Part shown: one piece after another, positions 34,703 to 48,327 of the stretch | How positions within the stretch are numbered: the stretch's first letter is position 1 | How the letters are laid out: each line of letters starts with the position of its first letter | Source of the DNA: Gekko japonicus | Taxonomy: Eukaryota | NCBI RefSeq assembly: GCF_001447785.1 | Contig: NW_015173136.1 | Span: forward strand, 101,954-165,953 | DNA length: 64,000 nucleotides | Direction: 5' to 3' | Position numbers and translations under genes: made by a program | Notes under the pieces: generated by a model | What the model was told of the DNA's origin: nothing | Databases searched by the model: none | What the model saw: the letters and a program-made list of their open reading frames with translations, nothing else

Positions 34703-37700
34703 GGTAAACAATGTCAAGGGTGTTATTACAATATTAAATATTGTTTAGGAAGTAAAGATTGGTACAGGTATTAAGCTGTTTGAAATCGTGTATATTTTTG
34801 GGAACTATCTGTGGCAGGCAGCTCTTCCACCTTCAAGACTTGTAGTGTTTGCTGTGCAGAGATCTTGGTTTTCCCATCTGTGCAGCCCTCTTTTTTACTT
34901 GGTCAGCAAATTTTCTTTTAAGAAGTTTTATTGTGTTGTTAGAAGCTGAGATGTCACTGTATTCTGTAATGGAAATTTTGTTATTTTGTTAAACATTTGA
35001 TGCAAAACTTAGGAAATGGAAATGTCCCACCTCCCAGCTCTGCATATAAAGTCCCATTCCAGCTCTTTCTGTCAGACTGGTTGGCTGCAACAGCATCTTA
35101 ACAGCTTCACCTTCTTTAAAAAAAATCCATCTTTTGTCTCCCTGCTTCAGACTCCCCATAGTCCCTGCAAGCTAAATAAATATTGCAACGGTTTTAATAC
35201 CAGGCTGTGAGCTTTAAGTGCTGCATTTTTGGTGCTTTCCCAAAGAGCTGTGCACCTTGCACCTTTGATTCTGGTGCCTATTCATTCTGTGGTCTTCTGA
35301 TGCAATGCTTTTCCTTTGCTATTCAGTGGCACAGTCAATATGCTTTATGTAAATTGATTACTGCAGGTTTTTCCTCAAGCCCCACATGTTTGATCGTTTG
35401 GGAAGCTGTCTGTTAAGCCGATTCGCCTGTAATTTTTGTTTGTAGTCCACCACTTCATGCTCTTTGGCACTGATGCTGCCCATCTATTGTGCATTGCCGT
35501 GTTACCACTTTACAAGATATAAGGTAATATAGCTAGGAACATCAATATCTTTGTTTGGCTTCATTTATCTGTGGCATTTACCTTTCTCATCCCAGAACTC
35601 TGTAAAAGGCAATTACTTGTGTTCTCCAGGATGACACTAAGCTTTTCACCTTTGTTTGGCTTTAATGTGATATAGCAAGCCAGGCTACCAGTTTATGTTT
35701 TTGCAGTTTTCTCTGCAACACTTCAGATCTGAGGGAGGAAGACAGCCAGAAGAACTGAATTTGATGATAATGAGTGCCAGAAAAAAAAGACATAAGCAGC
35801 ATATTTCATGAAAAGGGTAAAATTTGCACTGGCATCAGCCATCCTGCATCAGTGTATTTTACAGAATGTTTCCTGGCCATCAGATCCAATTAATAACAGA
35901 TTCAGTTCTGGCTTCATGTTGCAGCTGGTTGCTAGCAGCAAGTTTGTGGGAGTCAGTGTGGTAGGGCCATTTAGTATCATGGATTCAGTGGGCCTATTTC
36001 TTTATTGCCCTGAGCTTTATGCATTTGCTGACTGCAAGCTGTGCATATGTAGAGGGGGGGAAATTAAAAGTGCTAGGTGGTGTGCCTTGAGTTGCTTGAT
36101 CTGGGCTGGAAAAATCCTCTATTTTGGTAGTGGAACCTAAGAAACTGAAGTATAGTTCAAATCCTGTTCTGTAAGATCTAAGGAAGCCTTGGGGACTTGC
36201 TTCACAATTTCTCCTCCTGTCTACATCCTGTAATGGCTGCATTCTGTTGTGTAGGAACTTCCAGGACTGGAAGATGAGGATCAGAACATTGTACTCAGGG
36301 TGTTGGATTCATGGTAATTGGGCTTGGGGTGTTGGATTCATGGAAGGACAATGCTGGCCAAGAAATTAAAAGTATTAGGGAAGGAAGGACTTACAAATGA
36401 CTTGTGAACAAAGGCAAGATTCTGCAGGAGGGCACTCTTCCTCACATATGTGAATGACTGAGGAGTGTTGCTTTTTTATGCTTCTAATGGGAAACTGAGC
36501 ACTTCAGCCAGGTTTCAATTTAAAAATAGGTAAGATGTCTTCTAAAAAGTGTGCAGAAGTTACATGACTAAGTTGGAGCTTGTGGAAAACATGTATGTTA
36601 TGAGACTGTCTCTGATGTGAGAGTGTTCTGGATCAGTTTCAGATGTGGGAGCAAGCTGGCATCCAGACATTTCGTGTTTGTACCACAGGGCTAATGGTTG
36701 TCTGTTCCATCCTGTATCTCATTGCTTTCAGTTCATCTTGTGTCCAAGTAAATAAGCTTAGATATTCAGCTCTAAGTCTGTGGGGATTTAATTGTGTGTA
36801 AGCATGGGGACCCTACTTGGGTCATATAGGAAGTCTTTGTGGCAGAAAATTTAACTTGGCTTCTGATTTGCATTATTACCTGTATTGTTTTGTCCTCCTG
36901 TGTTAACTATTTAATATATCTTCTTTCCATCTCCTTGGTGATTTTTACTGTGGGAACAAATAAGCAAGGGTAGTACACCAGTTCAAAAAGATCGTTATCA
37001 CAATGGAATAATTACATTTAGGTCCTTGATTTGATTTGTTATCTGGAAGATTAGTCCAAAAGCAGGGATGAAAATGAATGTGTTGTGTTAGATGATTACT
37101 CTGGGCTGCAGAAAGTTTTATTTATGGATTTTTACTTACACTACATGTTTTAAACTATTCCCTTGGTGACTTTGTGTAGCAGTGCAATTTATGGCCTTTC
37201 AAATAAGGTAAGTAAGTAAATAAATAAACAATTCTAGTGTTTCAAGCTAAACAAAGGGAAGGAAAAAGGCACTTATGCTTTCATGGTCCAGAAAGTAAAA
37301 GGAAAATACGTTTTAATATACATGCTTAGTATTGGGACAATAACATGGCCTCCTTGCATCTGGATAGTCATCATTTTACGTATTAGTAAAGTGTGGGTAA
37401 CTATGTGGACACACTGGGCACAAAAGCAAGCTCAGGGAGAGGGGAGGTATGGGTACCAGCAGGAGTAGGTTCCTGTGGGAGAGTCTCTGCAGATCTGAAG
37501 GGAAATTCTGGGTTTTCTAAAGGGTCCCCTGCCTTTCCTCCCTCTCCCCACAGTGGCGAAGGATGAGAGCTGAGTATGTGTGATGCCATCATGCAGTCCA
37601 GCAGGCAACTTAATTGGCCATGGCTGGGAGTTTGATAAGTTGAAACAAGATCAGTGGCCTACTGTTTGCATCCTTCCAGCTTGGCACTGCAGTGGGGTAT

Positions 37701-37859
37701 ATCCAATTCAGTTGTAAAGTTGGAAGGGGAGGGACTGAATATCTGAACACATTTCTTTTCCCTCAGGCTGTGGGGTAAACTGGACAGTGTGCAGATATTT
37801 CCATGTGCATATTCCACTGAAAACAGTGCAGTACATAAAAGACAAAATCCTAATTCTCA

Positions 37860-39360
37860 TTTGAGGAGAGGAGGACTTCCTGATGCTTGGGTGCTCCTTC
37901 TCTCATAATCCCTGGAGGCAGGTTATTAGATCATTCTTTTAACCCCTGAAGAGAGAGAGTACTTTCCTCCCTCGGTTCTTTTTCTGTCTCCTTTACAAGT
38001 GCAGGACTTCGGAGGAGCTGTGGGTACCTTTTGGCTTTTCCCCCTCTGTGGATTTCCTANNNNNNNNNNNNNNNNNNNNNNNNNNNNNNNNNNNTGTCAC
38101 TGTCTCTGTTAAAAGAAACCCCCCTGAAACTTTCACTGTGTTTTCTTCCCTCATCTCTCCCTCTACTTGAGTGACCTGCCACCCGAAACCCCACGGCTTT
38201 GTGGCTTGCATCTTCAACAGCAGAGTTAGAGGTTTCCACGATGCTGGTAGGAGACATGGGGGCTGTGACAGAGGGCTGCCGAAACAAAGGCAGAGGAGTA
38301 AGATGGCCGCTAGGAGCAATGCTTCAGAGCGACAGGCTGAAGCCATGGCCTGGCTGGCTGTGAGGAGGCCAGAAACGGGCCTTAGTGTAGCTACTGCCAG
38401 TGGCCTGCATCGGCTGCCACTTCCTCTGCAGCCCAGATACAAACCATTCAAGAGATGGTGAGTGGGCAGGGCAATCTTGCTTCCCTGGGTCCCTCAGGAT
38501 GGGGTGGAGGCACCTTTGTTCCCCAGCAGGGTTTGAAGAATGACTGACAAAACTCTTTAACAACAAGATGATCAGAAAAGAGCAATCTCAGAGGAGAAAG
38601 GAGTACAGCTCTTCTTCATGTGCCCTCCCACTTCATCCTCTTCTACCCCTCCTGAAAGACAAGCCACCCAGAGAACCCTGGGCTCTCCTGTGGGCCAGGG
38701 TCAGACTACCAGAAAATTCTGTTGGCCTACTGAGACTGCACAAAAAAGCTGGCCTAATCCATCCTCCCAGGCTTCATCACTGAGATCTCATTTGCGGAGG
38801 AGGTTTACAGTACAGATTCTACACACTCAGTGTGATGTGGACAGAGAGGAAGGGGAACTCTCAGACAAAGACTGTCCTCATCAGACACCCCCACACACAC
38901 ACACACAGTTACATAGGTATTTTTCTCACTTCCTGTGCAGGGCCCTAAATATTCTACAACTCTTTGACTCTAAGGGAGATCCAGACCCCAGTGAGGACAG
39001 TGATGAAGAAGATGCCATGAAGGTATTTGGTATGACCAGACCTTTCCAGGTTTCTTCACCAAAGGGCTGAAAGAAGAATGAGCTCAGCCTTCAGGTCATC
39101 ACTTCCACGTTGGGCATGCCAAGAAACTCTGCTCTCCCACCCATGAAATAATGACCTATTCTCTTAGAGATTCGGCTGCCATCTCTCTCATGGCAAGAGC
39201 CTCCATCATGTGGCTTTTCATGCCCCTGAGGGAAACTACTTATTTATCTAAAAACCTTACTGGCTATCTCTCCAAACTAGAGAGAACTGTGGCCTTCATG
39301 GTAGATACCAGTTCTCCCTTTGAGGTGAAGGACATCTCCATGGGTTATTCCCACTGTGCC
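37860..39360 (+). mobile_element. Degraded DIRS-type retrotransposon ORF1 (gag/LAP2alpha-like) region
   Basis: Fragments DVDREEGELSD, FSHFLCRALNILQL and SAAISLMARASIMWL...LSKLERTVAFMVDTS resemble vertebrate DIRS ORF1. Many stops and frameshifts. Confidence 0.6.
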
Positions 39361-39389
39361 TTTAGGGAGGCAGGAAATAGTTTTCCCCC

Positions 39390-40520
39390 CTTCCTGTTGG
39401 TGCCTCCGGAATAGCCCATCCTCAGTTCTGTTCCTGCCTCTGTAGGGAGCAGCGGCAATCCTTGCTGGGCTTCAGCTGTAGTCTCTTTCATTTTCCCTTT
39501 TCTCCTTCCTATTTCTAATTCTTTCTATTTCTTTCACTGTTTCTTCCCTCTGCTCTTCTCTTCTAAATTCTGCTCCGGTGGGAGCGAAGTTTCAAGGGGT
39601 CTTAGACCCGAAGAGAAGAGCCGCGGCAGCTGCGATGGCGGCAAAGGAACTTCCCGAGGAGTTCTTGAGCGACGAGGGACATGTGCTGGCCAATGTTCCC
39701 TCTAAGCTATGGAGACTTGTGAGCAAAAATTCTACTTTGTGAGCTACTGGCATTAAAGTAGTGAGCGAGTGATTTGGCTACTGCATAAATTAGTTTGCTC
39801 TAGAGCCATCCTTCCTGAGCTGAGACAAAAATGTGTGAGCCAGAGGCTAAAAAACTGTGAGCTAGCTCACACTAACTCAGCTTAGAGGGAACACTGGTGC
39901 TGGCTGCGGCGCCGCTAGCACGCGACGATACCGGGGCCGATCGGTCTTCGCGACTTGATCAGGTGCCTCCGACGATGGTGGCTGGTCCGGTGGCAGCGCA
40001 GTGTGCCCAGAAGCACCACTGGCAGCCTGCAGACGAAGAGCCCGCCATTCCTTTAGCACGCTTGTGGGCCAACGGTGGCCATTTTGAGGGTCTGGCTTCG
40101 AGCCTTGGTACCCTCCAAGGAGCCTCTACAGGAGCCACGGGGGCAGATGGTGGGCGGCCATGCCTCTCCCAGCCCGTTTTATAGCAGCAGGAAGACTCTG
40201 CAACCGGCTCACAGCAGGGTGAGTCCCCTGATCAAGGTATTTCCATTCAATCTTCAGACCTGATGGCCATGATTCAGCAGTCTATCCAGCAAAAGCTGTC
40301 TCAGCTTCGGCCCAGGGTCCCTACTCCTCAGGAGCCCTCCCCACCAGGTACTTCCCCTTCTGGCTGGCCAACTAAGGCAGCAAAAAAGGCTTCCCCCCCT
40401 CTTCCCAGAAATCCAGTTGAGGAAACTTGGAGGGAGGAAGTGGAATCCAATGCACCTTCCCTAGAGGATAGGGAAGAGGGTGAGTTTTTATCTGAGGAGG
40501 AGGAAGAAGAATTGAAGCTT
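39390..40520 (+). mobile_element. Second, CpG-rich DIRS-like 5' fragment
   Basis: Pyrimidine-rich leader, then ATG at 39635 (MAAKELPEEFLSDEGHVLAAAP...). A later frame ends LEDREEGEFLSEEEEEE, echoing the DREEGELSD motif at about 38840. Confidence 0.55.
39691..39896 (-). mobile_element. 206-bp hAT MITE (CAGTGTTCCCTCTAAG family)
   Basis: TIR CAATGTTCCCTCTAAGCT / AGCTTAGAGGGAACACTG. Perfect TSD GTGCTGGC at 39683-39690 and 39897-39904. Confidence 0.95.
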
Positions 40521-42002
40521 ATATATGAATTCTTATATTCTATTAATATGGTCCTTGACTCAGACTGCCTATTTAAAAATACAGTGCAAACTCACTGTCC
40601 AAGTTGCCTTGAGAAACAGCATTTGGATAAGCTCGAGTAGTTCTTCATATGCAGGAAGGTGACCCAACATGCTCTTAGAATTGGGGGAATTAGTTCATAG
40701 GACTTCTTCTGTACACCTGTGTGTAAAGAAAGCAAACATGAAACATTATATTTGGTAGGACTACAGTGTGGCTAACATAGCCAAGGCAGCACTTTTAAAG
40801 TCATTCAGATGTATCTGTGTGGCAACCAAATTTATTTATCATTGAAGACAGTATGACTTTATGGGAACCAGCATAACCCCAGGAGGTTAGTTCATTTATC
40901 TCCTTCTGCTAAGCTGAATTGCAGCTTCTGAGTCGCATAAAAGCAAAACAAATTACAGCATGAAGAAACCTGGTTTCTTGTACTTGTGCAAGCTAACAGT
41001 CTGTCAACCCCAAATTTGGAAGCTCGGCAGACAGATGATGTGCTCTTTCAAACTACAGTGCGTTGCAATTGTCAGCAATATAAATAATCAAAGCAGCCAA
41101 AGAAGCTATCCAGTGTGTTGCAGAGATTGCAAATAACCTGTTCCTTAGTTTGCTAAAGCTTTAGAGGTATTCTTGTCTCACCTGTTTTCAGTTTATTAGG
41201 GGCATCAGACAGTTTTGCCAGATATTTTTACAATTGAAAAATAACAGGAAGGAGGAATGCATTACGTCCATGCTACTGTACAAAAACTATTTGGGACATG
41301 CAACTGCATGAAACAGCAAAATCAATTTACAAATGGTCACTAAAATGCATTAAAAGTGGATTGAAAGTGCATTATTCAGCATATATAAAAGCACCCAAAG
41401 TCTGCTTGTAGGAAGGCAGCTCCCCTGAAACCATGGAAGTAGAGTCTTTCTTTTGGGCAAAAGGATTCCACTGGCTTCCCAATTTGAATAGACTGCCTAC
41501 AGTACATTTGTGGCTTAGGGCCAAACTTGATGCAGTGCTGGGAGATATAAGAATGGCTCTCCTGAGAAGGTTTTTTTTAGCATCCTTAAGGGCTCAGAGT
41601 CCCAGTTTGAGCAGAGGGGAGATTTACCATATTCCAGACTCCAGGTGGCACCTTGAGCAGCTGTTTGCTCCACTACCACACTGTTTTCCCAACCCTTTCT
41701 GGGTTACTGTTTGCCCCTTCCCCCAGTGTTTTGCTTGATTTTGGCCCATAGTGAACTTGCTGTTTTGTGTACCAGCACCAACTGAAAAATTCTGTAGAGA
41801 TCCAGGTGTCATGACTAATAAGTATTTAAGTTTGCTTGTTGAAATAAAAATAGTGTCACGACTAAGGGGCTAAGAGGAAGGGAGGGTTTAAGATGGTTGT
41901 GCGTGATGGACTTTCTCTAGAAATTTCAGTAGTTGCTTATTAGTTTTCATCTTCCTTTTCAAGCAAGAAAAGCACCGAAATCCACTCTCAGCAGCTGGAA
42001 TA

Positions 42003-42278
42003 AAGAAGAAGAAGAGATTGGATTTATACCCCGTCCTTCACTACCCAAAGAAGTCTCAGAGCAGTTTACAAACTCCTTTCCCTTCCCCTCCCCACAACAG
42101 ACACCCTGTGAGGTAGGTGAGGCTGAGAGAGCTCTGACAGAAACTGCTCTTTTTCAGGAATAGCTCTGACAGAACTATGGCTTGCCCAAGGTCATCCAGC
42201 AGGTGCATGTGGAGTAGTGGGGAATCAAACCCAGTTCTCCCAGATTAGAGTCTGCACACTAAACCACTACACCAAACT
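42003..42278 (-). mobile_element. tRNA-derived SINE (Squam3-type)
   Basis: Colinear with 4321-4596, with a (CTT)n tail. Confidence 0.9.
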
Positions 42279-42309
42279 GCATAGTGTTAGCCTACGAAGC
42301 CCAGGACAA

Positions 42310-42480
42310 ATCTGTGTTTCAAGAAATACCAGCTCAGTTGGTCCAAAAGACTGCAGCTTTGGTAGCACGAAGAATGCATTGTTAGAGGACATTATGCGAG
42401 GCTGCCAAATGGACATTCAGCATATCAAAGCAGATGCCACCACCTCAGGCAGAGAGTCCTTCGACAGGTCCTGTGAGCCA
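42310..42480 (+). pseudogene. Possible DIRS tyrosine-recombinase C-terminal relic
   Basis: Across frameshifts it reads NALLEDI-EAAKWT...ADAT..GR-VLRQVL*, similar to the DIRS YR tail (..EDICKAATW...FGRRVL). Confidence 0.45.
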
Positions 42481-44019
42481 ATGTGTCAGTCCTGCTGGGA
42501 GCACTGTTTTGTAACATCCTTTCAGTCAAGGTGTTTTGCTCCTCTGAGGGATAATGGAACATTTGGACTGACTTACTGTGTTTCTTCTGCTCAGTGTAGG
42601 GAGGGCATTTTGCCCCACCTGACTTTTTGGAAGGGGGGGGGGGAATGTGTCTTGTGATTGGGAGTGCATGTGCCAGTTCTGATATGAATATGTGAAATAA
42701 TTCTGCTTTCATCTGTCTCTTTCAGTTACATGTATGTTGTTCATTCTTATGTCTTAGCCGATTGTGGGAGGAAAGATAGTTAACTTAGTATTCTAGCTTC
42801 TGTCACATGCCCTCCACTTTGGAAGTCTTGACCTGACTGAGTGGGGAGTCCTTCCACTGTTGATTCCCTCCAGGCCCAATATAATCACCCATCAGTCAGA
42901 AGGCCTTTTCTACTTCTGCATATGAGGAACAGCTAAGATAGGTTCTGTATTCCATTCCCTCTTCCACCAAAAGTCTTGGGTCCCCAGGATGAAGGAGCAT
43001 TTAATGTATTTAAAAGCAGAGGTTTGTGTCAATAAATCTGTTGCAAAAAAAGAATTCAGAAGTGAAAATAATGAACAGGAACAACACAAGCTAGTGTAGG
43101 ATTTCCTGTTCACGTGTGGGGAAGCCTGTAGCAGGGTGAGAGCGTGGGAAGAATAAAAGAGAATAAAGCAATTTATATCATTGACTGTCCAAATAGGAGA
43201 CTAAAAGCAAAAAAACCCAGGAAGGTAATAATATTCATCATTTAATATGGGTTGAGCTGAAAAAGCGAAGACATAAGGGGAGGGGGGCAGCCAGGAAAGC
43301 AAGCCTTTTCCCCAAGGCACTGAAATTTCAATATATCATTTCTGGGATGTGCATGTAAAAGTTATTGTTGGGAAAAATCAACAAATAACAAGCCAACAAA
43401 TACATATATTGATTATACTGGTTTTAGTAAACAAAAAAAAGTCGAGAACATGCATACTATCCTTTTAGAAGGAAAACATGATAAAACTTTATTGAGATGA
43501 TGGGAGAACAACGAAAAAATCTCAGATAAGCTTTATTTTTTTTAAAAAAGGATCTATCAAGCAGAATTTCGATTTAGAGCTAATTTTATTTTCACTCCAG
43601 TGCACTTTGAGTTGTTCTTTAAAAGTAACACGCTTTTCCAATTTTTTGTAGAGTAAGGTCCTGGTAATGTTACTGGCTTTAAGGCAGATGCTTTGGTATT
43701 GAGCTGCTGCAGTCAATTTGTTTTAGGATAGCTATTGTTGGGTACAGATGGTTCCTTTCAAAGAGAAACCGTAGTTGGATGTATGAATGGAAGAAAGAGC
43801 ATTATATTGCCTAATGGAACTCCAGAGCTCCACAAAATCTTTAAAAGCTGTTATTTGGAAGAGAGACATTGCCTATTGTCAACTGAATGAAATGCCTGTT
43901 TGAGGCTTGCAGGGGACAAATGAAGGTATGTTCAATTTTGGGTTGCAATGGTTATGCATTTTTAGAGTTGATTACCCTTAACTAGCATCATTTTTCAGTG
44001 CCAGTTAGGATATAGTTGC

Positions 44020-44335
44020 AGAATTGGCTCCTTAAAAACCAACAGGATTTTATTAACTTCATCTGACAGACATTTCAGAGTATAGCTGTGTTGGTCTACA
44101 GAACAGCACCATGGAGACCAACAAGATTTCCAGGGTATGAGCTTTTGAGAGTCTGAAGAAGGGAACTTTGATTCTCAAAAACTTGTTGGTCTCTGCTACT
44201 GGACTCGAGTCTTAACTGTTCACCTGAATGAGCTGTGCATCTGATGAAGTGAGCTCTGACCCAGGGAAGCTTAAGCTGGAATAAAGTTTGTTGCTTTTTA
44301 AGGTGCTGCTGGACTCCTGTTTAATTTTGCTGCAT
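44020..44335. mobile_element. Cluster of Penelope-like terminal fragments including an inverted pair
   Basis: GAGACCAACAAG...TTTTGAGA (44114-44150) is inverted by TCTCAAAAACTTGTTGGTCTC. A further copy starts CTGATGAAGTGAGC at 44241. Confidence 0.7.
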
Positions 44336-47300
44336 CGCGCTGTGGTTATCCCCGTGGAACTGTAATTTGTCTGTGATCCGCAATGCTGTGTTCTGGAGCT
44401 AGGTGCCACTGTTGGCTTTTCGTCGGCACACATAAGGGTAAAAAACTCTAAACTCTCTAATATTAGCTGAGGCAAAACTAAAAGCCAACCATGTGATTCT
44501 ACCTGAGAGGAGTCACTATAAAACTTAAAACCCAGATATGTGAAATCACATCTCATCTCCCCCTACACCCAACCACCCCCTGCAGCTGCAGAAAGAGAAC
44601 CATAGTTACAGATTTGTACAAACTTAAAGATAGAAGCAGTAGTGAGCTTCAGGTAAAAATGTCTTTGCGAATTGCGGTGGAGATGCTGGTTATCTAATGA
44701 AAGATACACAACTCAGCTTGGGGTGTCTGTAATGCCACACGCAGCAATTTAATCTGCTCTAGGTCTAAGCACACGTGCTTGGATATAGGTTCCATAGCAA
44801 TCGGCAGAACTTTGGTCTAATTCAGTGCTCTTAGTATCATGTAGGAGTTGCTGATTGGTTAAATGTGCACAGATGTACTTAACCTGTTATTATCAATAGG
44901 ACTATGCCTCCTATATCACTTTCTGAATTAAAATTTTAATAATTCCCTCCCTTTTTTCTTTTTGCTGTGTTTTGCCTGCTGGCAGCCTACTTCCAAGGCC
45001 TCGTAGCCCTGTGGTCCATGATGATCCACAATTTCGGAATCACTGTTGTAGCTAATAGTGGCATTAAGCTGTTTCCAAGTATCTTTGTTTTTCTTGTGCT
45101 GTCAGTGCTTGCTCAGAGTCTACTATTAAGACTCCTGTTAGTAATCTTTTGGAGATGATTAGCGTTTAACAGCATGTAGAACTAAAGGTTTATTTTATGA
45201 TCCCTTTCTGTAGGGCATTATGCAACACCTTTTAATTAGCCAGTAGTTAACCCTTTTCACACATCCCGGTGAGTAATTATAGGGTACAGCCAGATTTTAT
45301 ATTGGGAATAATTATTAATCTCTTTCCTTTTTTATGGATTCAGCAGTAGACAAAGAGAAGGTGTACTTTTGAGCAGATGTATATATTGTCTATCAGTGCA
45401 CTTACTCCCTATAGCAGTTTTTACAGGAGACAACTTAAAACTAGGCTCTCTTTCGGTTCACTTGGTGGCAGCTATGAGTTGGCAGAGCTTATACTTGCTG
45501 AAGTGGGGTAAAACCTTCATCTTCTCTACATTTCTAAGAGCAAAGGGTGAGAAGAATTTTAAAATTGCAGTTAATGGTTAACCAGGGTTAACTATTTGCC
45601 CTCACTTTCAACTGCTGACTTCTCTCTGTGTTTTACAAGAAATACTGGCCTTCTTCAGGCTAAAACAAATTGGTGCTGGACCCAAGATCCTTATATTGTA
45701 AACTGAACGGGAGTACTCACTAAAGCATGTTGTGTCTTTATTAGCAGCGGTAGCTTCTCTTATCGTATGATTAATACAGTCTTCTGTTTAATTCTATTAG
45801 GTATAGTGTTGAAATTGATTTATACTAAGTGCAGTTAAAAATTTTGGCTGTAAATTTTCCAAGAATGCTGGGAAGAATCATAAAGGAACACCCCACCAAG
45901 TCTTCATGTTGAGAAAGTACAATTTCACATTAATCTCCGTACAGGGTAAGCAGTGAATTCTTTTCATGCAGTCAGATTTCATGAGTTAGTGGCATGCATA
46001 ACGCCTAGTTGTGTGTTTCAGAATTACTGTAAGTACAGCACTAATATAAGATGTTGTGACACTTCTTTTGAAAAGGTTTCTATGAAAAGGGAGAAAGTAA
46101 AAGGGCCATGTGTAATCAATATAAATGTCAGTAGCATATTTTAATAAATTCTTGATTTAGCGTGGACTGTTTGCAGTCACACATTTATAAGGAATTCGCC
46201 ATCCCATTTTGAAGGTATGTGACATTTAAAAGATCTGTAAAGGAGATTGGTTTGACAGCTTCAAATTACATTTGAAAGAGGTTTTTTCTTTTCAAAACAG
46301 AAAATGAATACTTCCTATTCTAAATGTCACCAGAAAGACACAAACATATTTAATCAAATTTATGTATTTAATTTATGTAAAATATGATTTTTATTTTCTT
46401 GTTTGTGAGACAGGCATGTGTTCCATTTTTGCCATCTCAAAGGTTTAGCAGAGGTAGTATTTGAAACTCCTGAGCCTTTTGAGCAAATTAATCTATTGTT
46501 CTGCATTCTGGAATTCTTTGAAAATTGGCACTGAGCCCATTCTGATCTAGATATTAACCTGTAGCTGGTAGTAGAATACATAGTGCATTTTAAAAAGAAG
46601 CGTTTCTAAAGGTTATTGTGGAGCTCTTCGGTAAACAAAATAACATGGAATCATTAGTTCAACACACTGTTGTGATACTTAGACCATTAATTTAGGACGT
46701 TAGATATGAAGTGATGGTAGGTTGGGATAGTATGTCAAGGAATCTAGTTTCAGGGATTGCATTCCACAACTCTTTGTCTATCCCAATGCTCTCAGGTCCT
46801 CAACCATCAATTAGAATACATTAGCTACTCATGCATTTTAAAGCTGGCTGAACTTGGGGTGCAAGTGTATATGTATGTGTATATACTTCGCTGTCAATTC
46901 ACAGGTGACTTATGGTGACCCTGTAGGGTTTTCAAGGCAAGAGACATTCAGAGTTGGTTTGCCATTGCATTGTACTAGGAGGCCTATTTTTGAATGGTGA
47001 ATGGCAAGTAAACATGGGCTGTCTTTATGCTTAAGATCTGGACTACTCCACATTGAGCTTGTCACCTATTTCATAGACAAAATCATTGAATTGTATTTCA
47101 TCACTTAAAAAAACAGAGCAGTATCAGAGGTTCTTGGGCTGCTACTTGGAATTATTGGTAAAAACCCCTGCAAATTGTGGTAAGTGTAGATGTTTTGACT
47201 CGAGCACTGCACACTTGATGTCAGAAAATGCTGTACACGAAGAACAGGAATAACTGGGAACCAGATTTCTAGACAAATTGGGAGGGAGACACACAGAGCT

Positions 47301-48098
47301 GTGGACTTGGCTGGTAGCCATTAACAGATCTTTCCAGTGTTAAGAGGAAATTTCAGGGGTATTGTCCCCAAGTTTGGATTAGGGGCACGCACGGGGTGGG
47401 AGTTTAATGTGCCCCCCATGGTATCACTGACTGAAATGGATCCTTTATGCAATTAATAGCCCAGAAAAGGAAAAAAGGCATACAAAGAGAAAGCCCTACA
47501 AAGAGCTAATACCTGGGCAGTGGAGGGGACTTTGTGGCTTAGCCATGAGGGGAAGAGTTTAACAGCCCCATGCTGCTGGGACCTGGTCTGAATTTGGGCC
47601 CCAAGCAGTTGTAATTTCCCCTTTAGAAATGCTGTGAAGATCTGTTCCCTGATTTCCTAGCATCTTGTCTAATGTGATGGAGATGAATATGCATGTTGCA
47701 GAGCAGTTTGTGAAAGTGTAGCTAACCATGCTTAATGGAAGTACTCATTTGGCCCACAAGCTGAGTGGGCTTTGATGTTAGGGCAGAGAATGTTTCTGAG
47801 CATTAAGGTCAATTGAGAGGATGAATCCTAGGCCGAAGCCTCCAGGAGCTAGCTGCTTATGCACTCTTAAAATGAAATTTGAGATTTGGGTCTGGGAAAC
47901 TTAAGCCAATATGTCCAGTCATTCAAACTAGCAGATGCCTCTCACAACCAATAGAAAGAACTTCTTTTGCAGAATTTTTAGTTACAGTCGTAAATTTGAT
48001 TTCAGATATAGAACCCTTGGAAGATGTGGATTCTGGTATGCTAGCTGTGTAAAAAATGGTGGCATTTGTATTGCTTTCGACTTAAATATAGGCCTTGA

Positions 48099-48327
48099 TT
48101 TGTTGAACCTGCAGAATCTGTTTCTAAACATTTAAATAAATTCTGAATAAAAACAGAAGTGGGTTTATAGACGTCCATAATCTTAAAGTTATGTTTGTAC
48201 ATATAATTGAAATTTTGTTGAACCTGCAGAATCTGTTTGTGAACATTTAAATAAATTCTGAATAAAATCAGAAGTGGGTTTATAGACGTCCATAATTTTA
48301 AAGTTATGTTTGTACATATAATTGAAA
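48099..48327. repeat. Two-copy tandem duplication, period 115 bp
   Basis: TTTGTTGAACCTGCAGAATCTG...GTACATATAATTGAAA starting at 48099 and 48214. Confidence 0.96.
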
